A stretch of DNA of 64,000 bases from Mizuhopecten yessoensis (taxonomy: Eukaryota), in assembly GCF_002113885.1 (NCBI RefSeq), contig NW_018405342.1:2095303-2159302 (forward strand), written 5' to 3'. Position numbers and translations under genes: made by a program. Positions 26,401 to 41,400 of the stretch are shown in pieces. How positions within the stretch are numbered: the first letter of the stretch is position 1; every line of letters begins with the position of its first letter. The notes beneath the pieces are model-generated. The model was given only the letters and a program-made list of their open reading frames with translations, searched no databases and was not told the DNA's origin.

Positions 26401-29400
26401 CATCGCATTACATAATTCCCTCATGATTCATCAAATTCAGTATATATATGAAATCATAAAATATTCAAAAAACAGATATCTGTTAATGAGGTTTCGAATT
26501 TGCCTACTCACAATCATATTAAAGTCACCATTCTATAAACATATCAGGGTTCTCCCCAGGCCATTTAGCTGATACGGCTCCGTATCAGCTTCAGTTTGAA
26601 ATCCTCCCTGCCGTATCAGCTTAATTGACCCGTATCACCTTAAACTGTGAACCGTATCACCTTGTTATTTGTACTGAACAGAAGGTGGTCTTTTTACACA
26701 AGAAATTGACACTGATTAAATCACACGGCTGACCCAAGTCCATCAATGACCCCACTGGTCAGTTGCACGATAAGCGTATTGCCACAGGGGGCCTGTAATT
26801 AGTGGGGAGGGGGACCGGACGACAAGCCCACAGGGCACAGGTGTCCGGCAAGCGTGCTCACTGGAGCCTAAAGCAATTACCACCGGATCCTTTTAGCATG
26901 GTCAATAGGTGATTAATTGAGGTACCTACTGTTGGATTAACAAAACAAACACTTATTACATCTATTATAAATTAATTTACTCACATATGATTGCATTTGA
27001 CAACGCTGAAATAGCGTGTGTATTCAGTTAGTGATGGTCGCCATCTTGGATTGTGTAAAGTACAAACCGGAAAGGGGAATGAAATTCCGGATTTGTCGTT
27101 TTTAATGAAGAAGAGCTCAAATAAAAATGCTGTTTTAATCTTTGATCACATTTACTGACAGCAGTATTTAATATAGTTTTAGAGGAAATAAAAACACTGT
27201 ACATTTTATTAAAACATTTTCTCTTACAACAATAAGAACTTTGATATAAACTTGTTCATGTAAGTGTTTCCCCCTATAGCTTTTAAATATTTCTTCTTTA
27301 AATTATTTTTAATGGGGATTAAGTAAGGGATACAAATGTAAAGATAAGAGACAAATGTCACAAATGTCATATCTATTATTCAATGTACAAAACTCATCCA
27401 CCTTTCTATAAATTGTATTTTTTTTCAGAATATATTGCTGAAAATTCAGACATAAGAAACACTTATTTATTTCCTTGGTTTTAATGTTCACCAAAAGAAG
27501 TTTGGTAAATAAAAGTAACTTTTTAAACATTATATTACACCCCCACCCCCCTTAGGTTTGATAAGGTATTATAAGGTATTATATTAGCGTGTCCATCTTG
27601 AATGTTCGTTGCAAATGAAACATATCGGCTTAAAAAAATTCTGGGGAGAACCCTGCATATGTAGTTTGAATTTTAAAACAAGAATAGACCTTTATTTTTC
27701 AAACTTGCTAACTGAATCTCTCTTATAATACAAAATGACTATACAACAAGCAAGTGAAAGAATTTGATAATTTGTTTCTAAATTCACTGAAAGATGTTTT
27801 TCAGCCAAGATATATAGTAAATGAAACCATTCATTATTTTAATGATAATGCACTATCTTATTTATAAATAACATCCAAAATTTAAACAATTTTGCATTGA
27901 AAGATTTGACATATTAAGTGTAACTTGTGGGGTGCTGATTGTACCTAATACAGTACTCAATTGTACAGGGAAGGCCCTTGTCTGGAGGCGCCTTTCTTGT
28001 ACCTCGACCAACCAGCTCCTGTCTGTTATAATGTTAAATGCAGGGCCTGTGAGTGAGTTGGAGACATACAGGCTGTCGCCATCAAATGCAAGTTAACACA
28101 CTTTTTTTCCGGGAATTTTCAAACGTTTAAACTTATCTCTATGTACTTTAGTTCTCTACTGCCATTCACTGGTCTTTCTCATCAAAGTTGGATTTAGAAA
28201 GTTGCAGTGCTTGCAGATGATTGTGAGTTTAAAAGACCCACATGCAAAATCGAGAACAAAATCATAATGATCAGTTTTGTGCTGCCTTTCAGTCCTCATA
28301 CGATTAACGGAGTTCTGCGAGGCATTTAATTATTAAGTACAGAGAAAATCTAACAAAAGGAAAACAAATGAGGATCACGAAACCGTGCAGCTCCTCTAAG
28401 CTATCGGAGACTGTCTCCTGCTAGGAGTAGTAATTAGTTAGCAGGGGAAACCGTAGCACACACAACACATCCACAATTACCTTCCTTCAGCAAATTAAAT
28501 TTCCTCTATCTGAACACATGGTTTGAACAAAAACCCTAAGCCAGCAGTTTTCCTATTGAAGTGGGAAATCCTGTCACCGCCAACCATGTTGTATAAATGC
28601 TGTAAGCATTGCATGTGCACTATGTATTAACCTAGTGAACTAAAAACACTATTTAAATGTAATAATAACCAAGCAGTTTTCAATTCTATATAAAAGTCAG
28701 ATCATAATTCTAAATAACGAACAAGTACATTGGGTACGTTCCTGTGAACGACTTCATGTACATACTCCGTCATTTTACTTCCTGTTTTATTGATCAGTGG
28801 CCTAGAACAGTTAAATCCTAGTATTATTACATATAGTGCAACAAGCTTGCCTCTTAATTCATCTGTGTCTGGACTTATGTATTTGGAACTTAAGTGTTTG
28901 TCAAGTGTAGGTTATGAATGTTGTGGTTGACATGATTATTCACACATCCTAAGAAAGGACTTTAAACACCACTATATACAGTGGCTCAGTGACTGGTCCT
29001 GCTCACTGATCAATTATACATGTGTTCTAATGTAAAACCTACACTGCTGCTTTTCTTTAAAACATAAAAATATGTTAATTATAATCCTAACGTATACACC
29101 ACTAACCTATAGCAAATATCTCTAAATTAAGAATACCGAACAACAACAAAAGATTATGAATGTCTCATGACTATTTCCTTTACTGACAAAGTTTTTGGTT
29201 CTCCTTTGATATTTTCGTGTATTTCTAAGACCAAATTCCTTCTTATTATCAATCATTTCATGAAGGGTCACATCCTTAACATACTTTATGGTCCTGAACT
29301 ATTCTCATTGACCTTTACTCATTCAAGGGTCAGGATCTTTACACAAAGGGTGCAAGACCTTCACACATTCAAAGATAATGACCTTTAATATAAACATTCA

Positions 29401-32400
29401 AAGATCATGATAACATGACCTTCACACATTTAAGGGTCATGATCATGAACTTACACATTCAAAGGTCATGACCTTCACACAATCAAAAATCATGACCATA
29501 CACATTCAAAGATAATGACCTTTAAACATTCAAAGATCATGATAACATGACCTTTAAACATTCAAGGGTCATGACCTTCACACAATCAATAATCATGACC
29601 TTACACATTCAAGGGTGAAAGACCTTACATTTACTCATTCAAAGATAATGAACGTAAACATTCAAGGGTGATGACCTTAACACATTCAATGATAATAACC
29701 TTTAAACATTCAAGGGTCCTGATCATGAACTTACACATTCAAAAATTATGAACTTACATATTCGAAGGTCATGACTTTCACATATTCTAGGGTCATGACC
29801 TTAATTATACATTTCATTCAAAATATAAAACAAGTACTTTTTTATATACTTGTACTAGCTATCGACCTTAAAGGAAGCCTACCGTATGTTCATGTTTATA
29901 CTGCTGTACACAAAGCGACTACAAAACCCAACAGCATAAAGCCATCAATAGCTTCACTGTGAGGCTTGGCAAAACATCACACATAACACATTCTTTTTAC
30001 CTCAATCAATCAGAGCTTTCATAGTCTTTTATGTACATCATTACAGATTATAAATCGTTACTCTACTGGCACAGTGTTAGGTACCTTACTTATCCTAGAG
30101 GACAACCTTCAAAATCTATCTGATGCAATTTTCCTGATGACAGTGACTAATAATCAATAGATGACAGAGTTGTAGGTTAATGACTGTTATGAATAGGAAC
30201 ATAGAAATGAAAACGGGTGTTTAATCTTCATGTGTAGGGTAAATATGGTGTAGGGTAAATATGGTTTTGTAACTATATTTTAGAAATGAAGATGGGTGCT
30301 CTTTTCCTGTGTAGGGTAAATACGGTTTGACATCATGTAGTGGAAATGAAGATTGAAGACTTCTTGGATTGTATGGTGAATATGGTTCTGAAACTATGCA
30401 GGATAAATGAAGATAAGCATTCTCTTGGAGCCAGGATAGGCTAATGGCAATGACGCCAAACATGGAGCAGAAATGAAGATACATGTAGTTTTGGACAATT
30501 TTGGTAATTACAAAATGCATGGAGAAATAAATGACGATGGGGGTGCTCTTTTGGATTGCAGGATAAATGTGAAAATGACACTACAGTCCGAGCAGAAATG
30601 AAGAATTGGGTGCTCTCTTCCTATTTAGGATAAATATGGCTATGACCTTTGACTGTGATCACCTTGTTAGAGAATGATGAAATACTGGTGACTAATCTAG
30701 TTTGATGTCCGGGAAGGAGGGTTCAAAGACCTTGTCACATCTGATCACCTATTACAGAATAACCACAAGGAAGAATGGGGCACTGTATGTAACCAATAGT
30801 CAAGGATTGTGACGATGACAGTTTCATCTATGCTAGAGTACCAACCTTTTTAAAAGAAAGGTCTCAATCAAGTTATACTATTGGTACTGAATAGATGTAA
30901 GACATCTGTCATATATTTGGAAGTGCCCTAAATTAAATTTGTTTCAATTTTCTCTTCTTGGGGAATGCGTCAACATGAGCACTGCATTATTTCATTTCAT
31001 CACCCAGAAAGACATACTGATATTATTCGTAATAGTCTTGAATGGCAGATGAAATACACAGTGTCAGAACATTGATAACCCAGACCTCTTTGTATTAAGA
31101 ACATTGATAACCCAGCCTTCTTCGTTCTCAGAACATTGATAACCCAGCCTTCTTCTGTCTCAGAATGTGTGGCCAAACTGCATCAAAACAGCTAGATTAC
31201 CAAGACAGTTTGTATAAAAAAGATTCTATCCTACTCCCCTAAAACACTGGCTGACTTTAGCAGGAAACACACTAAAAGTGGCGGCTACATTGATGAGATC
31301 TGACTACATACTAGTAGATATATAGCAAACTGAAGCCTAAAGTGGCATTGGCAATGTTATTTACAAGCTGCTACATTATTATGATTGATTGATGGTCAGC
31401 TTGACCTTTAACCTTACATTGGCTGTATAGTACCCAATATTTTCACCACCCTGTTATAGACAATGCCACTTTGGTCAGTGGCCCAAGTATAGTTGGTCAG
31501 TTATGACCATGTCACAATTACATCGCCATATTTACATATAAGGCTTTCAGCGATGAAGGTCAGTGGCCCGTCGTGTTAAGACCAGCTTTTTCGTGTAGGC
31601 GAAAATCTTTCGTTAATTAAATTGATCTAAATTGGCGGCAATAAAAGGTTTCCTACAAGCTAATTTACTTGCTACTTGCTGTCTGCTATGTTTGACCTTC
31701 TTGTTTTTTGTTATAGACAGAAGACTGAGACCATACATGACACTGGGGAATAAGACATTTTGTAGAAAGGTAACGAATGCAACAGCTTGGTTCATTCTGT
31801 CTATTGGGACAGAGATACATAATGATGCAGTATACTTTCAACAATTTACTGGAATAAAAATTTCAAAACGTTATATTTACATAATACATCATGCTTTGAG
31901 AATCTTATTATTTTTCTCTGAATCTAATCTATAAAATATTGCAGCGATTGTTTCTTTTTTGTGTTAAATAAAATGACTTACACTGAATGTCTGTTTCTGT
32001 TTTGTAATCAATACAAAGCTGACTGCATCACACTATAGTGTTGAGGAAAAACCATTGTTCACCATCTTAGGCACAACTTACAGGAAATTGTCAATATTAC
32101 TTAACTTACAAGCATCTCCATTGATCATTTTAAGTTATCACAGCAGACAGATCTAGCTCCTCTGGCACAAGGCCTGCGTAACACGAAAATTAATTATCAT
32201 GAACTCTTTTTTTCATTTTCCTCTCCACAATGTGAAATTTCATCTATAATCATTAGTGACAATCATAGTAGCTAGTAATATCCTCGAAAAAGGAAAAAGG
32301 AAATGCATAATTCATGGAGACAGTTTGACCCGTGGTGGGGAGAGAGGTGGGTAAATAATAAATAAGGCTACACTGGAGTAGTCGACACCTCTGACCGGCC

Positions 32401-35400
32401 GACCCTCACACCTGTAACGGCGATTGCGTCGGTTCCCAACAGACAGGCATTATGGGTAAAGCCTTCACTACCTGGGTCATGACACGATAGCATACCGATC
32501 TCATCAACGTCCCGATTCCCTTTTCCTTCATCCTACATCAAGCTTGAGCAGTGGTTTTCTAGCAACTTTTTAATTAACTCTTTTAGGTCACCATATATAT
32601 ATACATATCTGGAGTCTCTGTTCTGATTCATTCTCAACTGATACAGGAAAACATTGTTCAGTTAAAAAATGTTTTCCCTTGTTTTTCAAACTACATTTTG
32701 AAAACTTGCTTTTTGAATGTTTCATTGCGTACCTGATGTACTGACTGTCTGAATACCAATGAAAGCTTTATAAATCCTTGGTTAAACAACATTAAACTTA
32801 CAGCAAATGGTATCTTTTTTGTGTGTGAGAGAACGTTTACTCTTTTTCCTTTGCATCTACTGCTACTGAATATGATTTCTAATACAGTTAAGTTTTTCAC
32901 AAATCTTTGGTTTAAGACAGTTCTTATGTAGGATGTTATCAAAATCTGTCCCCAGAAAGATTTTTTTCTTTTTGAATTGTGTGTCTCCTTTCAATACATG
33001 CCAAATGCATCATGATCCTGTTGTGGCAGCCGTATACTTAGAACATCTGATTCATTATCAATGGTAAAAGTACATATATAAAACCCACTTCTTGCAAGAC
33101 CATGCAGCAAGCCTCATCTTATGTCAATATTGTGAACGTGACAAAATACCAACAACATTTCAAATAGCTCACACCATTTCCCTAAACATAAAACTTACTT
33201 CTTTAAATCGATTTAAATAAATCATGTATATATATACTGCAGCCTCAAAAAGTCTATGACTGATGTATGTGCATTACCTGGTCCTGTGAGACCGCCGAGT
33301 CTCCCCGTGCATTGTTCTCCTGGTTGGCAGTGGTTTTTTCGTTTCTACATGCCGTGTGGTACTCTTTTTTGGCAGCTTGTAGCTTTGTATACTTCTTCTC
33401 CCAAGGTTTTTGGGCCTGAAATACACAATGACAGTAATTAAGATACAACCTTTATCTGACATTACCTGTTTAAAAAGACAGTACTCTCTCACAAATATCT
33501 CGCCAATACTCAAAATATTCCCTTCTCACGGAATCCATGGGATAATTATCTCCCCTTGTCGTTTCTTATTCAAAGCATTCTCCTACGATGAACTTTATTG
33601 GAGATTGAGTCCATGCCATTCATTAAGTACCCAGGGGAAGGTCTGTACAAATATATACAATACTTGACATCATAATTAAGGACACTTGGTGCTTGTAAAT
33701 AACAAGTGCAGCATCTTTAAAAAGACACAGTTTACTTCAAGCAACATATACATAAACCTCATAATTTGACCTGCATCCCACCCTTGCAGAAATGTAATGG
33801 TATCCTATTCCCCTCTGAATTAATTTCCCAGTCATATAACTGTTAACCTTTCTAAGTGAATCGATTATTTCAATGTTACAGAAGATAACATTCCAGTGAA
33901 GATCAAATTAAGTCCTGTTACAGCACATTTCCGTAGTGGAATCTCAGTAATTTACAAAACAAAACCGACAACTTTCAGAAATTATGAAATAGAGCACAGA
34001 AAATAAAAGAGGAGCATTCAAGTTGTATCTTTAAAATCACTGGGGTCGACTTCATAGGAACAGGTAAAATTATTATATCAAATACGGTACATACCTCATC
34101 TTGACAATTTATAACACTGTAGATATATACTCAACACAGTACCCTAACAAATTATCATAGGCTATGTTTACAAACTGCCATATTGACCTCCAAGTCTTGT
34201 GACCGTTAATAAACCTCTTACATGACTCGTCCCAAGACCTATAATATTATAAAAGTTGCTGCTACATTTTGTATGTGTAGACATTGTATATCTCTGAGAC
34301 GTATTGTATACACCCTCTAAATATACTACCGGGCCAGTCAACTGACACTATTCATATACTGAAAAGTTGAAAGAATTTATTTCCATATCGTATTTATTTT
34401 TATCTTTTGTTTTCAATGATATATACTCGGCACAACTACTACTATCCCAATGTTTACCATGTGGCCCTAATGTATTGCCTTGTGTAGATGGATCGTTATG
34501 ACTTAACAAATTGTTAACTTCGCAAATCTGTTGTTGGACAAATTCACATGAAAGTTATGACTGATAACGATTTACATCCATTTGAGAAAGTTCATTTTAA
34601 CACAATCACCCCTTAGATCACATTTGAACCTTACCAAATCAAAGACTGTGCAAGTCCAGTTTAAATATGTAGGGATGAATGAGTTAAAGTATAATCTAAA
34701 AGCTTCCATGGGTAGATAATCATATTATTTGAGAATTGTAAGATAAGCTTGGAAGAATACACATAAATCAATAGATATATCATTATGTGTCTATAAAATG
34801 TTATAAATCTTAATTTATCAACGTCTATAAAATGATACATTAAATTTGTATAAAAATATTTCAGTTTAAAACATTTCTATGTATATCCCTAATGTTTATG
34901 GTATGTCTAACAATGTGTAGTGGAGCTAGATATAAAAACTTTCTAACGACTTTATGATGTCCCTAATGGTTGACATTTCCTACACAATATTATGTGTGCT
35001 CGGCCTGGTCAGTACACAGATCTACGTGATCGTGTGTAGGCTCTCTTTACTTACATTACAGGACTGGCTAACTACATCTTGTCAGATCTATCTATAAACA
35101 GTAGTACTAAGTGAATCCCTGAGATCTAGTTTAGCCTCGGGGACAGACATACAATCGGTACACCACTGGAATCTTGTCCATATTGCTCCCTATCATAAGG
35201 CTTTCTGTTTCTCTGTCTTACATCCCTTAGGAATATTTTCTGTTGCTGTTTAACTTATTCACCCCTATAATTTCATAATGCACAAGCCCAACCTTTGAAT
35301 TGGAAGAGTTAAAATGTGTTTTAAGGGGTGAATGAGTTGTGCATCTTGTATAATAGCTATATATGCATTTATGTACATGTAATTATATAAATTGCTAAAG

Positions 35401-38400
35401 GGATTTTTTAGTGTCAGTGCAGTAACATCAGTTTGAGGGTATATACATTTTAAAAAGAATAGTATACAAAACTTAACATTGTCTATCCCTGAGGACCGAA
35501 TCTATTTATTCATTTTTTTTTGTTTTGTTTTAAAAGCATTTGGTATCCTTTTTCTCTTGAGGCAGCATACACATGCTACTTTGAAGAATCTATTATAGAT
35601 TTATCGATATCATTGATTCTACCAAACAACTTAATTGTGAAGTGGTCCACAACCATCAGAAAAGCATGGACCAAGGCTAAAAAGTTGTTGTTTTTTTGTC
35701 AACTGAAAAGCTGGGAGACTGACTATGGGTTGTAGAATGATCTACATTTACTGCAAATGGGAACAGCATCTTGGAAAGTAAATTATCAAAAGACTGAAAA
35801 ATCTCCCTCCATGGGACTGCAATCTTATATCATCATTTCACTAACAGCACTAGTACATATACTAAAAAACACTGGCTATGTGGACAACTAGAGCTCTGAA
35901 ATCAGGGTAAATTCTGGCTTTATGGGTCTGACAATGACTGAGAAACCAGGACAAGTTCTGGCTATGTAGGCCAGTATATGACTGAGAAACCAGGAAGCAC
36001 TGGGTCTATGGACCAATGACTGAGAAACCAAGACCAGTACTATAGAAAAACCAGGAAGCACTCAGGGTCTATGGACCAATGTACTATAGAAAAACCAGGA
36101 AGCATTCAGGGTCTATGGACCAATGACTGAGAAACCAAGACCAGTACTATAGAGAAACCAGGAAGCACTCCGGGTCTATGGACCAATGACTGAGAAACCA
36201 AGACCAGTAATATAGAGAAACCTGAAGCACTGGGTCTATGGACCAATGACTGAGAAACCAAGACCAGTACTATAGAGAAACCTGAAGCACTGGGTCTATT
36301 GACCAATGACTGAGAAACCAAGACCAGTTCTAGATCTAAGGCCCGGTCATGGTTACTTTGAAACCTATGGACTAATTCATCAGTACAGCTGAAGCCTAGA
36401 GGATTACTACAAATCAGGTAGAGTCAAATGGCTGAATAACCTTCAGGGGTGTAAAATTCCATACAAACCTCAGACACCCAGGGCTATAGTAGATTTTATG
36501 TCATGGATAGCCAAAATTTACAATGTTTACAATAAATATATAGGTAGGGCTAGCGCTTGTAAAATTCTTCAAAATCTTCCTCTGGGCTTATGCTCTCTAA
36601 ATATGAAATTGTACACTTCTGACCTTCAAGCTTAGGAACTCCTTGTTAAATTTACTGATATATAATATTAATAGATTTTTGTTGTAACCATCATCTTCCT
36701 GATACTAATGGCACTGACTGACAGGTATATTGAATTTCCCATAACTCTTACAGAAGTGCCTCCTCTACTTAAATCATTCTGAAAGATTTCAGGAGAATTT
36801 GGTGCATGGAGACCTGCCATCAACCAGCCTCCATAAAAGCCATTTTCCACAAACTGCCAAGTTTAACATTATCGTGTGGCATTTTGAAGTTCTACCAATA
36901 ACCTTTTAAACATTGATGTCCTGTATGAATCTTCATTAGCTCACAGGGGATTTTCTAAACCATTTTGTAGATAGAAAAGTAGGCATAATTTTCTCCATAA
37001 ATGAGCTAAAATTTCCTCAAATTTGTAAGGGTAAATTCCAAAATTGTTTCTGAGATATAATTCTAGTGCTGAGAAGATTGTTTGTTAGATTTTATTTTTG
37101 ACAGTGTCCACAAAAAAATATCACCTGGAAATGGAAATTAAATAATAACTATAGAAATATGTTGGTAAGACACCATTGCCCGGTTTGTATACCAAACTTC
37201 AGAACTAAAGCAAGGTCATTGAGGCCAAGGTCAAAGGTCTAGGTTAATAAAAGTAGCAAACACACTGCACTCAGACAGAAGCATTGCCATGTAGGGTTGT
37301 GTGGCTCTAGCTCCAGTACTTGGTCCAGTTAACTTACCTAAATGAATTAAAAACTTAACCAAGGTCAAAGAGGTAAAGATCAAAGGTCAAGATCACAGAA
37401 ATGTCATGTGTATATGTGATGTTGCACGACATAAATGACCTAAACAAAAACTAACCCAAGGATAGGGTAACCACTAAGCACCACCACATCATGGCTGGGC
37501 ATACTAATTAAAGTATAAGCTTTACAGAGACCCAAAAGTTTGATCTACATGGAGGGTAAAATTCACATGAATTGTAGACGAGCTATATAGTAAGGTCAGG
37601 AGATAAATTACTTCAAAGATATAAAAATCATCATCTCATCAGTAATTAGCATAATGGGAAAACAACAAGAACTAATCACACCCTTTCTTAACTTCTATCA
37701 CAAAAACATCCATATACATACACAAATTACACAGCATGAGGTATATATGTTAGAAGTAGATTTCTCAAGCCAAGCATGTGAATCTTCCTGGGGCTAAAAA
37801 GTTCAGCATTAGGAAGTGTTAAGAGTATTTGTATGTATCTATACAGGAAGTACAGTGAAACTGTCTAATCTGGCACCCAGTGGAAAATATTTGTTAGATG
37901 AGCCTGTCTGATATGACACCCTGTGGGTATATTTGTTAGATCAGTCTGTCTAAACCGACACCCTGTGGGAAATATTTGTTAGATCAGCCTGTCTAATCTG
38001 ACACTATGTAAGAAACACATATCGGTTAGATAAGCTCGCCTAATCCGACACCCTGAATTCCACCTTTCTTTATCCATATGCATATTATTTCACCAAACAT
38101 GGCTATTTACTGTTTAAATTTTAAAATGTGGCACTATTTTAAGCATGTGAAATGTAGGAATTTGTTGCATGGTAACTTTCATGTGAAATGCAAGAATGTG
38201 TTGGCTGGTAACTTTCATGTGAAATGCAAGAATGTGTTGGCTTGATATTTTTTAGACTTCAGAAATATTGCACATTGTGTGTAGCTGGTATATACACTAA
38301 AGACACACATAAAAGGTATAAAATTCCCTTCTGTGGAGAAGTTGAGGCCCATCAGTACTTAACTTTCCACCTGAGTTTTATTGAACCATTGAATATCTAA

Positions 38401-41400
38401 AGTTTCAGTCAAGATTTATTAATCCAGTCACTGAAATTAATATGGGTGTCTTGTGCCAATATCCAGTTACCACTAATCCAGTTGTCCCAATTATATAACC
38501 AGGCACCCCTAGTCTAGTTGTCCCAGTAATATATATCCAGGCACCCCTAATCTAGTTGTCCCAGTTATATATATCCAGGCACCCCTAATCTAGTTGTCCC
38601 AATTATATAACCAGGCACCCCTAGTCTAGTTGTCCCAGTAATATATATCCAGGGACCCCTAATCTAGTTGTCCCAGTTATCCAGTTACTACGAATATAGT
38701 TGCCCAGATATATATCCTGGCACCCCTAATCTAGTTGTCCCATTATCTTGTCAACACAAAACTGGTTATCCCACTATCCAGTCACCACTTAACTGGTTGT
38801 CCCACTATCGAGTCACCACTAAACTGGTTGTCCCACTATCTAGTCACCACTAAACTGGTTGTCCCACTATCAAGTCACCACTAAACTGGTTATCCCACTA
38901 TCCAGTCATCACTAATCTAGTTGTCCCATTATCTTGTCAACACAAAACTGGTTATCCCACTATCCAGTCACCACTAAACTGGTTGTCCCACTATCCAGTC
39001 ACCACTAAACTGGTTGTCCCACTATCCAGTCACCCCTAAACTGATTATCCCTCTATCCAGTCACCACTTAACCGGGGTATCCCACTTTCCAGTCACCACT
39101 AAACTGGTTGTCCCACTATCCAGTCACCACTAAACTGGTTGTCCCACTATCCAGTCACCCCTAAACTGATTATCCCTCTATCCAGTCACCACTTAACCGG
39201 GGTATCCCACTTTCCAGTCACCACTAAACTGGTTGTCCCACTATCTAGTCACCACTAAACTGGTTGTCCCACTATCCAGTCACCACTAAACTGATTATCC
39301 CTCTATCCAGTCACCACTTAACCGGGGTATCCCACTTTCCAGTCACCACTAAACTGGTTGTCCCACTATCTAGTCACCACTAAACTGGTTATCCCACTAT
39401 CCAGTCACCACTAAACTGATTATCCCTCTATCCAGTCACCACTTAACCGGGGTATCCCACTATCCAGTCGTCACTAAACTGGTTATCCCACTATCCAGTC
39501 ACCACTAATCTGTAGTCCCACTATCCAGTCACCACTTAACTGGTTATCCCACTATCCAGTCACCACTAAAATGGTTATCCCACTATCCAGTCACCACTAA
39601 ACTGGTTGTCCCACTATCTAGTCACCACTAAACTTTTTGTCCCACTATCTAGTCACCACTAAACTGGTTGTCCCACTATCCAGTCACCACAAAACTGGTT
39701 ATCCCACTATCCAGTCACCACTAATCTGGAGTCCCACTATCCAGTCACCACTTAACTGGTTATCCCACTATCTAGTCACCACTAAACTGGTTGTCCCACT
39801 ATCCAGTCACCACTAAACTGATTATCCCTCTATCCAATCACCACTTAACCGGGGTATCCCACTATCCAGTCACCACTAAACTGGTTATCCCACTATCCAG
39901 TCACCACTAAAATGGTTGTCCCACTATCTAGTCACCACTAATATGGTTATCCCACTATCCAGTCACCACTAAACTGATTATCCCACTATCCCGTAACCAC
40001 TAAAATGGTTGTCCCACTATCTAGTCACCACTAAACTGGTTGTCCCACGATCCAGTCACCACTAAACTGGTTATCCCACTATCCAGTCCCCACTAAAATG
40101 GTTGTCCCACTATCTAGTCACCCCTAAACTGGTTATCCCACTATCCAGTCACCACTAATCTGTAGTCCCACTATCCAGTCAGCACTTAACTGGTTATCCC
40201 ACTATCTAGTCACCACGAAACTGGTTATCCCACTATCTAGTCACCACTAAACTGGTTATCCCACTATCCAATCACCACTTAACCGGGGTATCCCACTATC
40301 CAGTCGTCACTAAACTGGTTATCCCACTATCCAGTCACCACTAATCTGGAGTCCCACTATCCAGTCACCACTTAACTGGTTATCCCACTATCCAGTCACC
40401 ACTAAACAGATTATCCCACTATCCAGTCACCACTTAACTGGTTGTCCCACTATCTAGTCACCACTAAACTGGTTGTCCCACGATCCAGTCACCACTAAAC
40501 TGATTATCCCTCTATCCAATCCCCCCTTAACCGGGGTATCCCACTATCCAGTCACCACTAAACTGCTTATCCCACTATCCAGTCACCACTAATCTGTAGT
40601 CCCACTATCCAGTCAGCACTTAACTGGTTATCCCACTATCTAGTCACCACTAAACTGGTTATCCCACTATCCAGTCACCACTAACCTGGTTGTTCCACCT
40701 ACCTGTATCTTAGGGGATAGATTTTCCTTCTATATAGCCAACTAGTGTTAAGAGGATATATTGTCCTTTTTATTCAGATTGTTCTAAAAATCCAACTTTC
40801 TCATAAATTACACAACCCAGTCACAGTCCCTGAAATGGACCAATGTGTCCACTCCATTTTATATTAACTAGAAAACATATAATGAATTAATTAATCAAAC
40901 GTTTCCACCACAATTTATAGTTTAAATTATACACATCATTGATGAACTGAAAACCAAATAATCAGCATATAGATTCAAATAATATTTTTTGAATATAAAG
41001 TATCAATTTGTTTGCTTTGTAAGGATTTCTTTTTTATGATTTATGATAATGATTAATGTAATATACAGAGATCCATTGACCTCACACAGGTATGTATGTA
41101 ACCATTGCAGATATATCTCCCGACAGCCCAGGCAATCTGTAGAGTCAGCATTATAGACTATTATATGCAGCTTTGTCTCTGTCACACTAAAACTCTGTGG
41201 AGAAGAAAATAAGTGAGCACAGCGATTCAGATTCCAGTGAATTTAACAGTGACGAGGGAATTCCCTATCACTAGTCTGTCAGGGGGTATTGATCTTTACC
41301 AGAACTCCCAATTAAATTAAATCAAACAAATAAGCACGTTCAGGATCCATCAAAGACAACAGTATGATTTAACCACACAAACCCTACTTCATCAAAATCA

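Noticed and set aside
34990-35150. 5S-like or SINE-like segment (GCTCGGCCTGGTCAGTAC); similar weak SINE/LINE-tail candidates at 16560-16745 and 20550-20740
   Set aside because: Similarity is too short and degraded to support without a profile search.
38460-40695. CRISPR-like appearance of ~30-bp repeats with internal palindromes (also 57895-58243)
   Set aside because: Units are head-to-tail with no unique spacers, there are no cas genes, and the context is a eukaryotic intron.
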